A stretch of 64,000 nucleotides of DNA from Tricharina praecox (lineage: Eukaryota). The stretch lies in NCBI RefSeq assembly GCF_024521635.1, contig NW_026250425.1:496001-560000 (forward strand), given 5' to 3'. Below, in pieces: positions 13,077 to 24,611 of this stretch (positions within the stretch are counted from its first letter, which is position 1; every line of letters starts with the position of its first letter). The translations under genes and the position numbers were made by a program. The notes beneath the pieces are model-generated. The model saw only the letters and a list, made by a program, of their open reading frames with translations, was not told the DNA's origin and made no database searches.

Positions 13077-13680
13077 GTGGGTGCTGGCTATGACGTGAGA
13101 CGTGAGATGTGAGATGGCAGCGGCACGGAGTTTTCTCCCGGCGCGGGGTGGGGGGGGGGAAAGGTATAAGTACTCTACATTATGTACGTAAATAGTAATC
13201 CAGATATCTACACGGCTGTACTGTACTATGCTGTGCTGTCGAGTGCATATCATACTATGGTCCGTTTGTAGATGCCTTACCGGGCAAACGTAAGTAAGGC
13301 ATCCATCGATGGGGAAGGCGCTGTCACTTCGTTATATTGGACGTGGGGGTTGGATAAGACGCACAGTGGATCACTCGGCTGGTTCGAATTGGCTGGCAGC
13401 CGAGCAGCAAAAAAATCACCGGGTTCATCAAGCATTCACCACCTCGGAACTCATCTTTTCATTCAACAACTCTCTGAGCATACATACAGGGGACAACCAC
13501 CATCGTTTCTTAGCGTACAACACAATCTCAACAACCATCTAACGCGTGCTAGTTCGAAATGCATTAAAGCAAGCAAGCAAGAAAGAAAAGCATAAAGTCT
13601 CAATATTGGTAACAGCAGTATGTAATACACACAACAAAGAAGAAGGAAAAAAAGCATCATCGACCAACAACAAATACACA

Positions 13681-16036
13681 TCAGACCACGGGCCTAGAAC
13701 CACGGCGCCACTCGGTCTCCAGGGCGACAGCGGAGGAGGTAGCATCATCACCAAAAACATTTTTACCTTCGACGAACTGACCGCCGATCCACGTCCACAC
13801 CCTCATGATCTCACCCTGGACCTCCCTCTCCCCCGCACGAACGTTGCTATTCTGTTCGACGACCCGCTCCACGCCGCTCCACAAGTGCTTGCGAGCATGC
13901 GGATTGAACTCGTGCTGCAGTACTTGGTCTCGGAGGTGTGCAACCGCGATGTAGGGGTAGTCCGGATGCTGGATGGCGTTGACTGCGAGCTGGGATAGTG
14001 CGATGTGAACCAACTTGGTGACCTTGGTGTTGTACACTTTCCTGGAGGCCATTTTCTGCCGAAGCGCAACGCCCGTAATGAGGAGAACAATTACTCCTGC
14101 CACACAGTATCAATGTCAGCGAGCGCTCCTCCTAGATAGGCAAGACTTCGGACGCACCAATAATTTCGACTCGATGTCGGGCCACGGATCCTGCGATGAA
14201 GAGCCGGGCCGCACAGCCGAACGGGAGAGCTGCAATTGACGTGGATTTGAGTTTGGTGGTGCCGCTGTCTCTGTGGGGCCAGCAGTCGTCGTAGACCTAC
14301 AGTCAGATAAGAGCGTTCGTCTTCACGAAAATGGGGCAGATTTGGACCTACGTGTCGGTTTCGACGATCACCTCCTCGCGGTTCGACACGTCTTCTAGAG
14401 CATGTCTCCAGAGCTCCGAGAATTCTCGATCTGACAGAGACGTCTATATCCACAGACCACCGGTTAGCACTCGCTGATAATGTGTGACCGGTATCGCGAA
14501 GTTTGGGGGAGGAATCGGGCAATAACACAGCAAGGGACTGACGGCTTTGCGGTTGTATAAAACTTGCCTCAGCTCCCCCTCCGAGACACCTTCCAGTTCG
14601 ATTCCTCCGCTCAGGAACTTTTCCTTGCAGCGTTGCTCGGCTCCACTCCTGCGGAGGACATCAAGAGCAGCATCCGACATGATCATCACTCGGCGTTCCT
14701 TCTCGGAGTCAGGCACACAGGCTGGCGGGATCGGCCAGAGACCGCCCAGAGCAAGATAGCTGTTGGCCTTGATGTAGTCGTCCACGCAGTCCAGCTCCAT
14801 GCCTGGGTAACACCGTGCATGGGGCGGGCACGGCTCGCAAGCCGGGCGAATCAACTCGACAAAAGCGTTACTGGGCTGTTGTTTACGCATATCTGCTTCC
14901 GTCAGTATCAGCAGCTGCCCGGCCACAACGACGAAGCGGTATACATACCCAGACCGCCAACCCCGCAGTATCCGACCTCCAGCTTTTCCGCTCTCCACCA
15001 AACGGCATAGGCGAGCATGGCAAACGACACGATTGCCAACACCACACTGCCACTGGTGCCGGACCCCTGTGAGCGTTGCCTTCTCCTCCTGGCAAGCTGC
15101 AGCTCGGGCTCCTGCGCCAGCTCCATAGCTTCCTGAGGAACAAACTCTTCGCCGGGCTCCATGCTGTCCATCATTGGGGGGCTTTCGAAGCGTTCCTGTT
15201 TGACGACCGCGCCACCGTTGGTGGACTGGCGCGGACGAGAGGATTGCCGTCTCTTTCTCAGTGCATCCGTCACCACCCGAGCCTCGATGGGATGGTCGAA
15301 CTGCTCGTACACCTGGATATCTGCAGCAGGAACACCATCAGTTCTCCTCCTGAGCGAAGTAAAGGGTTTCTTGGTGCAGATGGACTGCGTGTCGAGAGTG
15401 GTCTAGATAGCCGTCAACACAACCGCTTCACTTTTGGCGGGGTAGGAAAACACCAACCCTGCGTCTCTCAGGATCGGGACTCTTAGCCGGCGACGGCGTT
15501 CCCTTCTGGAACGGATTATGGGAGGAGAACGGTGTATCGGGATCTTCCGCCGCGATCTGTCTCCCGGGCGTGACCACATCATCGACCGGGAACCTCGCGA
15601 TACTCTTCCTCGTCTTCCTGACCGTCGACGGCGGCGGGGGCATATCAATCTCGTCCTGAACATCGTTATCGACCCGTTTCCTCGAGGGAGTCCTAGTGCT
15701 CCTCCTGGCGCCAGCGTTGGCCTCCTCCTCCTCATTCGCATCCTCCGTCGCGCCCCTCGTCGTCCTGCGGACCCTCCTTGGCGTGGCGCCGATCTCGTTC
15801 TTTTCCGGCGTGAAGCCAGCATTGATCATGCCCTCGTCGCTCGCGCTGACTCTCGCGCGCGAGGCGCGCAGCTTCGTTGCCTTAGTCGCCACGTTGGCGT
15901 TGAATAGGTCCACGAGAATCGACTTCTTCGCCGACGATGGGTAGTCCACGTCGTGCTTCAGCAGGATCCCACGAAGCTCGGCCACTTTCAGACTGTTCGG
16001 GTCGAACCCGTTCTCGAGGTACGCTTCGTTCTCCAT
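13681..16036 (-). CDS. src1: Inner nuclear membrane LEM/HeH + Man1-Src1p C-terminal (MSC) protein, 667 aa. Exons 16036-15458, 15402-14949, 14892-14543, 14443-14352, 14270-14158, 14096-13681
   Basis: HeH domain YLENGFDPNSLKVAELRGILLKHDVDYPSSAKKSILVDLF, FSSHNPFQ, TM1 followed by VGYCG, luminal CEPCPPHARC..C, TM2, C-terminal LWSGVERVVEQNSNVR..GEIMRVWTWIG. Confidence 0.93.
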
Positions 16037-17646
16037 GTTGCGTGTGAGCGACCCGCGATAGGTGGGCCGCTAGGTGATGTGATGTGAGGTGAATGCGACG
16101 GAACGGGCAGGCGCGCGCGGGGGCTGCTTGTGAGCGATGAGGTGTAAAGTAAAGTAAAGCGACGTATGTCGGGTGTGTATATAGTAGTGGTAGTAGTTTG
16201 TAGCAGGTGTCAGAGTGCGTAGGCAGGCAAGTAGTGGCGATCAAGATCAAGATCCCAGTAACTAACGCGCAAGATCCAGAAAGAGGCACGCGATGACAGC
16301 GATGATGATCTAGGTAGAGTAATGTGATGTGTGTGTGGGGAGAAAGGGGGTCGGGGGGTTTGTGTGCGTGCTTGCGTGCTGGTGTGTGAGTGTGTGCGGG
16401 TGTATGTGTGTGGGTGGTAGGGCGGGTGGCTGTGAGTTGGGTTGGGTCTGGTTGTCTTGAGCGTGATGTGATGGATGTCGATGATAAGAGAACAAGCAAG
16501 TAAGCAAGTAAGGGAGAGCCGCCTTCGCTGCTGCTGCTTCTGCTCCTAGATTCCAAGACTTTGTGACGTTTCAAGTTCCAAGCAAAGAAGGAAAAACGAA
16601 ACACCGGAGTGGGGGGGTAGAGGGCGGGGGTGAGGTGAACTCGGCGGACTGCTCACGAGATCAGCGTGCGATCGTGTCGTGACAGCGGACTGAACCCCCC
16701 ACCTCGTGCCAAGACAGTGCCCGTGATTAGCACGAAGAATCACTCACTGGCTTGGCCGTGAGAGACATATATCACTCGGTATCCCCTGCTCAGTGCCTCC
16801 AGCAGCGGACGTTTTGAAGATATTAACCCAATTCTATTCCTGTGATACTTGATATTGGGCTAAGAATCTGGCAGGTGATATTGACACCCCCCTCCCCCTA
16901 TAAGCTTGTTCGTATTTTGACTAGAGTCCCTTCGAGTTCCACTGCAATCTACGAGCTGACGAGCTGTATACTATGTACCAATTCCTTCTTCCTGGTGAGA
17001 TTCCCTTGTCCGTATTCCAAGCTTAGAAAAGTAGGGGGGTTTGGGATCCCCGCTGCATAAATAAAAAATTTATGTGTGCCAGTGGCACATTCCATCCATA
17101 CTCATACTCACACCATACTCCCATCTCCGTCCGAGTCCGAGTCGAGTCAACTCCTCCATGCGTGAGAACTCGGGAAAAGCACATAAAACACATATTAATC
17201 GCTCAGCGAGTCACGGCACCGGTAAGCCAGGCTCCTGGTATCCCCTTATTCCCAAGAAGCAATTCACTTTGGGGTTCACGAAACGTTTCCCGCAACTTTA
17301 ATAACTTCCATCTTAATTCTTCTCCCTCATCTTCCTCTTCATCTTCTTCCCATCAGAGACACGTTGTAGTAGTAAAAACCAAGTCAAGTAAATACAGAAA
17401 AAATACCAAAAATAAATACTGGCCAGTATGTAACCAAAAACCAGCAGGGTATATCGAATCGAAGCGAAGAAACTCAACAAAACTCAAACCACACTTCCAA
17501 AACACACAAACACCTTACTCGCAGGATTATTGATCAACAACAGACAGAATGAAAAGATGTGACATCAACTTCGTCAACTTCCAGCTACCTACATACTTCA
17601 AGTACATATCTGACACTAACTACGCTGTCTACATAGCAGGCAAGAT

Positions 17647-19985
17647 TTACAAGAACGCAGCAGCGCCGAGCACACCAGCGAAGACCATGCTCAGCAGACC
17701 GAGGCCGACGGCCTGGCGCGAGGCAGCACCGGTGTACACGGGGACCGACTCGACGGGGTAGTTGGGGGTAGTACTGTTGCTGGTCGAGTTACCAGCGTAG
17801 CCCGACGAGTACGCCGATGGGTAGGGCGAGACATCGACCGGCACACCCTTGTACGTGGTGGTGGGCTCGGGGGTGTAGGTGGTAACCTCAGGGATGTAGG
17901 TAGTAACCTCGGGCACGTAGGTGGAGGCCTCGGGCACGTAGGTGGAGGCCTCGGGCACGTAGGTGGAGGCCTCGGGCACGTAGGTGGAGGCGCCGACGGG
18001 AACACCCTTGTACGTGGTGCTGCTCTCGGGGTAGGCCTCGGCAGGGACCTTGGTGGAGGCTACGGGCACGCCCTTGTACTTGGTGCTGATGGTGAGCGTC
18101 TCGATCGGGGTGACGGTCACGGTGTTGGTGCCGGCGGGCACGTCGTAGGTGGCGATGCCGGTCGACGTGGTGGGGATGGTCAGCGTGGTGTACGAAGTCG
18201 AGGTCTTGCGGGTGCTGCCGGGGATTTTGGTCGAATCCTCAACTGCGTAGGTGGGGATGCCGGTGGTGGTCTCGTCCTCGTCAATGTAGACGGTAGTGGT
18301 CGTCTCGGGGTAGATGGTGGTGGTGGACGTGGAAACGGTCACGGTGCTGGTGATGGTCGAGGGCACATCGCATCCCTCACCAACCTCGGCAGGGCTACCA
18401 ATGGAAGGAGTGGGAGTGGCGACGACGGGCACACTGGTGGTGTACGTGTGAGGGACAGTAGTCAAACCTGGAGAAACTGTTAGCATGCGGTTTTGGTAAG
18501 TTAGGAAGGAAATGGGGACTGACCTCCGGGGCAGGTAGTGACGATCATGGTCGTGATGACGGTGGTGATGTACTCCGGCTCCACAGTGGTGACCTCGGCA
18601 GGGCTGCCGGTCTTTGAGCTGATCGGAACGTAGACGAAAGTGGTGGTAACATCCTCATCCTCAGAGGGGACCTCGGTCTCGTAAGGAGTACTGGTGGGGA
18701 CACCCTTGTAGGTGGTGCTGGACTCGGGGTAAGCCTCGCCAGGAACCTTGGTGGAGACCACGGGCACGCCCTTGTAGGTGGTGCTGGACTCCTCGGGGTA
18801 CTCGTCCTCGGGCGACTCCTCATCGGGAGTTCCGTAGCTGGGAGTCTTGGTGGGAATCTTGGAGGACACAGGCACCGAAGGCACGCCCTTGTAGGTAGTG
18901 CTGCTCTCGGGGTAAGCCTCTCCAGGAATCTTGGTCGAGACCACGGGCACGCCCTTGTAGGTGGTGCTGGACTCAGGGTACTCCGACTCCGGCGACTCCT
19001 CATCGGGAGTCTCCTCGTCGGGAGTTCCGTAAGAGGGAGTCTTGGTGGGAATCTTGGAGGACACGGGAACGGAAGGCACGCCCTTGTAGGTAGTGCTGCT
19101 CTCGGGGTAAGCCTCTCCAGGAATCTTGGTCGAGACCACGGGGACACCCTTGTAGGTGGTGCTAGACTCAGGGTACTCCGACTCCGGCGACTCCTCATCG
19201 GGAGTTCCGTAGCTGGGAGTCTTGGTGGGGATCTTAGAGGACACGGGAGCAGAAGGCACGCCCTTGTAGGTAGTGCTGCTCTCAGGGTACGCCTGACCAG
19301 GAACCTCGGTGGAAACCACGGGCACACCCTTGTAGGTGGTGCTCGACTCGGGGTACTCGGGCTCCTCAACGGGAGACTCCTCCTCGGGAGTTCCGTAGCT
19401 GGGAGTCTTGGTGGGAACCTTGGTGGTCACGGGGACCGAAGGCACGCCCTTGTAGGTGGTGCTGGACTCCGGGTAGGCCTGGCCAGGAATCTTGGTGGAA
19501 ACCACGGGCACGTCCTGGTAGGTAGTGCTGGGCTCCTCAACGGGAGACTCCTTCTCGGGAGTTCCGTAGGTAGGAGTCTTAGTGGTCGCCGGAACGGAAG
19601 GCACAGCCTTGTAGGAAGTGCTGGGCGCCTCCACCGGGGACTCCTCCTCGGGAGTTCCGTAAGTAGGAGTCTTAGTGGGCACGGCCTTGTAAGAGGTAGT
19701 GCTCGGCTTCTCGACGGGCACCTCGACTGGGGTCTCCACCTCAGGAGTTCCGTAAGTAGGAGTCTTTGTCTCGAAAGTCGGAGTAGACTCCACGGGCTTG
19801 TACGTGGTGGTGTCCTCGGGGACCTCGTACGCCGGGGTCTCTGGGGTGACCTCGGCGGGGATGGCAGTCGTGGTCACATCACCGTATCCAGCATCACCGT
19901 ATCCAGCGTTGCCGTACGACCCACCGCGGGTGGCCGAGACGGCAGTGGCCATGGCGGCTGCAACAGCGACGTGAGTGAAACGCAT
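17647..19985 (-). CDS. Secreted, probably GPI-anchored Thr/Ser/Pro/Glu/Tyr-rich repetitive cell-wall protein, 760 aa. Exons 19985-18524, 18467-17647
   Basis: Signal peptide MRFTHVAVAAAMATAVSA; C-terminal YTGAAS-spacer-hydrophobic tail typical of fungal GPI signals; one 56-nt intron (GTCAGT..GCTAAC..CAG); 12 YKGVP motifs. Confidence 0.88.
17868..17990 (-). repeat. 21-bp coding tandem repeat encoding (S/T)TY(V/I/T)PE(A/V)
   Basis: ASTYVPE four times in tandem, then VTTYIPE and VTTYTPE. Confidence 0.9.
18690..19770 (-). repeat. Coding minisatellite: two 93-bp units followed by units of 171-195 bp
   Basis: Anchor motif (G/A)GGAGTTCCGTA at 19743, 19650, 19557, 19386, 19200, 19020 and 18825 (spacings 93, 93, 171, 186, 180, 195). 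Confidence 0.9.
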
Positions 19986-22091
19986 TCTGGTAGTTTGTTT
20001 GGGGGGTGGGGTGGTGGATTTGAGAAGAGGTTTTTTGGAGGCCGAGATATCGGGTGAGGATTGATGGAGTGGTTGGGAGTGGTTGAGTTTTGAGGTGAAC
20101 GGGGAGCAGGCGACACAGTCGTGAACGAAGGACAAGGACAAGGACAAGCGTTGAACGGCGGAGAAAAGAATGTGATAGTAGAAAGGCGTCTACTGGCGAA
20201 AAGAAGGACTGGCGAGGAGAGAAAGGAAGGAACGAACGGCAACGAAGTCGAGAATCCGAGTGGTTGAAGTAGTTCAGGAAGAAGGGAGGGAAATCAGGAA
20301 GTGTGGGAAATCATCGTGGTTTTCTAGTCCTCGCCATCCCTCCCTTCGCACCTTTCGGTCCCTTCGCTCCACCCTCCCCCCAGGCTGCCCGTCTTCCCGG
20401 TCTCTACTCCACCCCTCCAACTCCGCCGCAATATCGAGTAGATGCTATAGGTACCGGCAGTATAGGTACTCCGGGCTTCCAGACGCACGCAGGCACGGCC
20501 GAGCCCGCAGCAATATCCAGGGCATTGCTAGAGCACTCTTGGGTTGTCCGGGGAGGGCATGAATGAGGGACAGCTCCGGTATGTTTAGGTAGGTACTTGG
20601 TGAGTCGTTAGTGAGGTAGGCAGGTAGTTCAATTCTATTCGAAACAGGTGCACTGTAGCGTAGTGTGGTCTCCATATCCCAAAGGACTGGGAGTCGGCAG
20701 GGATGCAGCAAGCCTATCGCGAGATGTCGGCGTTTAGGAGGGAGGTGGAGGGAGGGACGGAGGCGGCGCCCCCCAAGTCTCCAAGTCTCCAAGAGTCCAA
20801 CCAGCCAACCAACGCTCAGCGCTGGAAACCTTCCCTACCGAGGCGAGTCGTGCTAGGAAGTCGACTAGCTAGCGGAGGATTTGTCGACCAATCGCGCAGT
20901 CGGAGCCCCGCGGCTATACGCCAGCAAGGAGATTTGACCGCCCCCCCTCCGCCACCACCGTTGTTATCGGTTAAAATGCAACGGGGTCTGTCTCATCACG
21001 CACGCTCTGCCAAATCCCCGATTCCAAACGAGAAACTTTGGTAGGTGCTAGTTCACACGCATCAGCAGCAGTGCACCGTAGGGAGCCGGGCTGAGTGGTG
21101 GAGGAGTCTCACTCGTTCGCTCGCAGGAATCTTACTGGGCGACATAGATACCCATTCGCTCGCTCTCGCCGTCGACCTACCTCCTACACACCCTACCCAC
21201 TATACAGATGATACAGATATGCGAACGCTCGTGTGCGCAGCACAGCATGCTGACATCCAATAAATCCTCCGGTGCAGTCGCGGGCAGGCAGGTACGGTAG
21301 GCACCACCTAGAGTCTGGACCAGGAGCAAGCGTGCCCAACGGCCTCACAGGGGGGCGTTTATTCTTTCTCTGGCGAAGCCTCTCTTTCTCTTCCCGGGTT
21401 CCACAAACTGCGAGTGTAGGTACCGTAGTACGGTACCTGCGCAAAGCGCCCGTATCCTGCGACGACGGACAACAACAACACTTTGAGTTGTGTAGCACCG
21501 GCGCACTATCGATGTGGGGGTGCGAGGATGCGAGGATGCACCTGCACCAGCAGCGCAGTGGTGCGAGAAAGCAATCTGTACCTGCATCGATTCAGGGTCT
21601 GTTTAGTTGATTGGGTTATTCCCGTCTGCGTCGAGTCGACTCCGAAGTTCGAACGACCTGGTGTTTGCGGACTAGTTAATTGCAACTCGGCACTGGGACT
21701 GGGACTGGGGGAAGGTTCAAGGGAGTCGGGATGTACCTACTATGGGGTTTTGCTGATGAACACGGGGCGAAACTTGCCAGACTACCTAAAGTAAGTACTT
21801 CCTAAGAGTCCCTAGATGTAAGTACCTCCTGCTTATGTACAAACCTCCCATCGATATATATTACATACCTATTTCTGCACAGGCCTTGATACACACGCCA
21901 ATGATGACTAGTAGTAACTGAGTAGGTATGTACCTGGCACAGCAGAGTACCTTGAGGTCCCTCCCTCCGTCGCGAACCGGACCGATGCCGAAAGAGAGGA
22001 TCGAAGCCAACTCACGGATCGTCACCCAGCAAGTCGAACCCTGAGCGGATATGTGGAGTACCGTAGTCAACTAGCGAGCTGGAGTCTAGAC

Positions 22092-22270
22092 AGTGGAGAG
22101 CGACTGGCTGGCTTTCTTTCTCTTCAGTCGCACGCTCTAACTGGAGAGCGACTGGCTGACTGGCTGTCTTTCTCTTCGGTCGCACGCACCCGGGCGTAGT
22201 TATGCACACACTCTGGCTGGAGAGCGAATGACTGGCTGGCTGTTCATTTTTCTTTCTTTTCGGTCGTACC
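22092..22270. repeat. Three degenerate direct repeats (about 50 bp)
   Basis: TGGAGAGCGA..ACTGGCTG..CTTTCT(C/T)TTC(A/G)GTCG(C/T)AC near 22094, 22142 and 22218. Confidence 0.75.
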
Positions 22271-24400
22271 CGGACGTGACCGAATAGTGAAAAGACCGGC
22301 GGCAGTCCCGACTCCAGACTCCAGACTTCAGACTCCAGCACTCCAGCACTCCAGCACTCATGACCAAAGTCCAAACCACGTGCTGGATGGCGCGATACCC
22401 AGTTATAGGTAGCATGACAGGTACATACGGGAGGCTTCGTATAGAGTATCATATCTGTGTACTCTATGTCCCGTATCAACCATCGCACGCCTTCCAAGGC
22501 AACTTCAGTCTTCTCGAGCTGGGACCGGGGAAGTTTCAACTTCCATGGATCCCTAGGTATGTTGCTGGGAAATTGCAAAGGCCGTGAAGACCAATCCCAG
22601 CACCTATAGTCCTTGTGCATAGTATGTGCTATAGGTAGGCGGGCTTCCGATCGTATGCTTGCTTTTCGGCGGCTACCTATGCTGTTTGAACTTTGCCCTC
22701 TCTCCCCCACCCCCTCCCCTACCCACCCCCACACCCCGCCAGACGCGATGACGGCAGCGGCGTCTTTCTTGCCTTCCTTCATCCGTGGAGATTTAAGATT
22801 CTCGGGGTATAAAAGATGACTGTATCGTTCCCGTGTGCACCGCATTCCTTCGGGCGTGGTTTGAGAATCTACCCAGGCCTGCCTGGCGGAATAGGTACTT
22901 ATGTAACTAGGTACCTACCTGCTTACCAAAGGCATGTGTGGTTTGGTCTGGTTGCGTCTCACTCGCACATCTCCCCGTGTGGCTTTGTTTGAAGATGAGG
23001 CAACTCCCTAGTTTGCGACGCATAATTTTGCCGTCGCTGTCGCGTGCGACCGCCACTGTCACCACCACCACGACGCAGCAGCGCGACGGAGAATCCGAAA
23101 CTCGCATTACGGAGTCCAGTCAGCTGACCGACACGTCGCTGTGCGGTTCCGTGCCGTGCTCACTCGGTCCTCCCTCGGGCGGGACATGATTCGTCAAGGC
23201 ATCCGAAACTTCAAACCCCATTGTTACCGTACCACGGTCCACGCGGGTTTCCGAACGACACGATTTCGTATCACGGCAACCCGTCGCACACCAGGTATCG
23301 TAGCGACGATGCAGCTGGCGCTGGCTGGAAGCCACGCAAGCAAGCACTGCGTGCTCTGCACCCGATGCCGTGCGAGTTGGGCACGGAAGGAACGATCTGG
23401 CGGTCAACCAGCGCTGCGGCGTGGATGGAATCAAGATTCAACACGACGGGTGGTGCGCTGTCTCGACGACGATTTGTCCAACGCCATGCAAGCAACGGAC
23501 ATATATACCGCCAACTATTCGAAGCGGTATCCCGCCCATGATCTATCACCCTCAGTGCCCACTCGTTCTAACTTCCGCACCTTCGATCGGATACATACGA
23601 GTCGGCAAGTGCGTTTCCGGGGCCTCTAGCCCGTACGTAGTGAACCTCTCGATGCACGCGAGGCTCAAGCGCCAACCCCAGCCGGGCTTTCCGGTGGGGA
23701 GTTTGCAAACACCACTGCTCGAGAGTCGAAAGTCGAAAGTCGAGCCAGCCGCACGACGCAAATCCGGCATTCCAAGTGCACTTCACTCTGGGTGCTTGTG
23801 ATGGTTGGCGGTTGTTTGTTGGTTGGTTGGCGGTTGCATAAAAAGCGAAATTGAAAGTGCGATGTGACACAGCAGGAAGGAACCAATTCTGCCCTTTGAC
23901 AGCACAGCATGACTCGACTCTCCCAGTTCACACGCCATAGCCGATCGGTTGGCAGTCTGGCTGTTCGTTTGCTCGCTCAAGTCTCGCGCGAGGTCCGACG
24001 GCGAGACCGCACTGACTCAACTATCGTGCGCGGTCCTCCATAACTACTCTAGACGTAGAAAGAGCGAGCGATTGACACAAGTAAGATTGGAAGCTTACCG
24101 GAACCCTTGCCGGTTCAACCGGGAGAAGACTGTTCCGTGATGAACCGAACGCCACAGTGTGGCTGTTCCGAGTGATGTATTGTGCCGCATGCTTGGATGC
24201 CGCCGGCCCGGTGAGAAGCTCGGTGTGTGCGAGTAGGCTGAATCGTTTGCGACGAGGATTCTTGTGGAAACTAATCATTCGCTCGAGGCTTGACTATCAA
24301 TCTACAATTTGAGGTCAGCACCAGTGGTCTCTCGACTCAATACACACATATGAGTGTGAGCACTCTTCTTGGACTTGGAATGCCAACGATCTTCCTGTAG

Positions 24401-24611
24401 TGGCGCAATAGTTCATATCTAGTTCGTCCGCATCGGCATTCCGTTCTTGCAAAGTGCAAATTCGGCGATTGCACCGTGCACTGCACGCCACTCGTCGACT
24501 TTCAACCTGATGGCGCAATAGTAGTTCGTCCGGATCGGCTCTCCGTATGTAGGTGCAACTTGCGAATGGGGCGATTGCACCGTACACGCCAATCGTCGAC
24601 TTTCAACCTGA
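24401..24611. repeat. Diverged tandem duplication, two copies of about 100-110 bp
   Basis: Both 24401-24510 and 24511-24611 begin TGGCGCAATAGT, contain AGTTCGTCCG and GGCGATTGCACCGT, and end TCGTCGACTTTCAACCTGA. Confidence 0.85.

Noticed and set aside
17647..19985. Repeat protein as a Kex2-processed peptide or dikaritin RiPP precursor
   Set aside because: Repeats lack KR/RR sites, the protein has a GPI-like tail, and no DUF3328/UstY-type gene is nearby.
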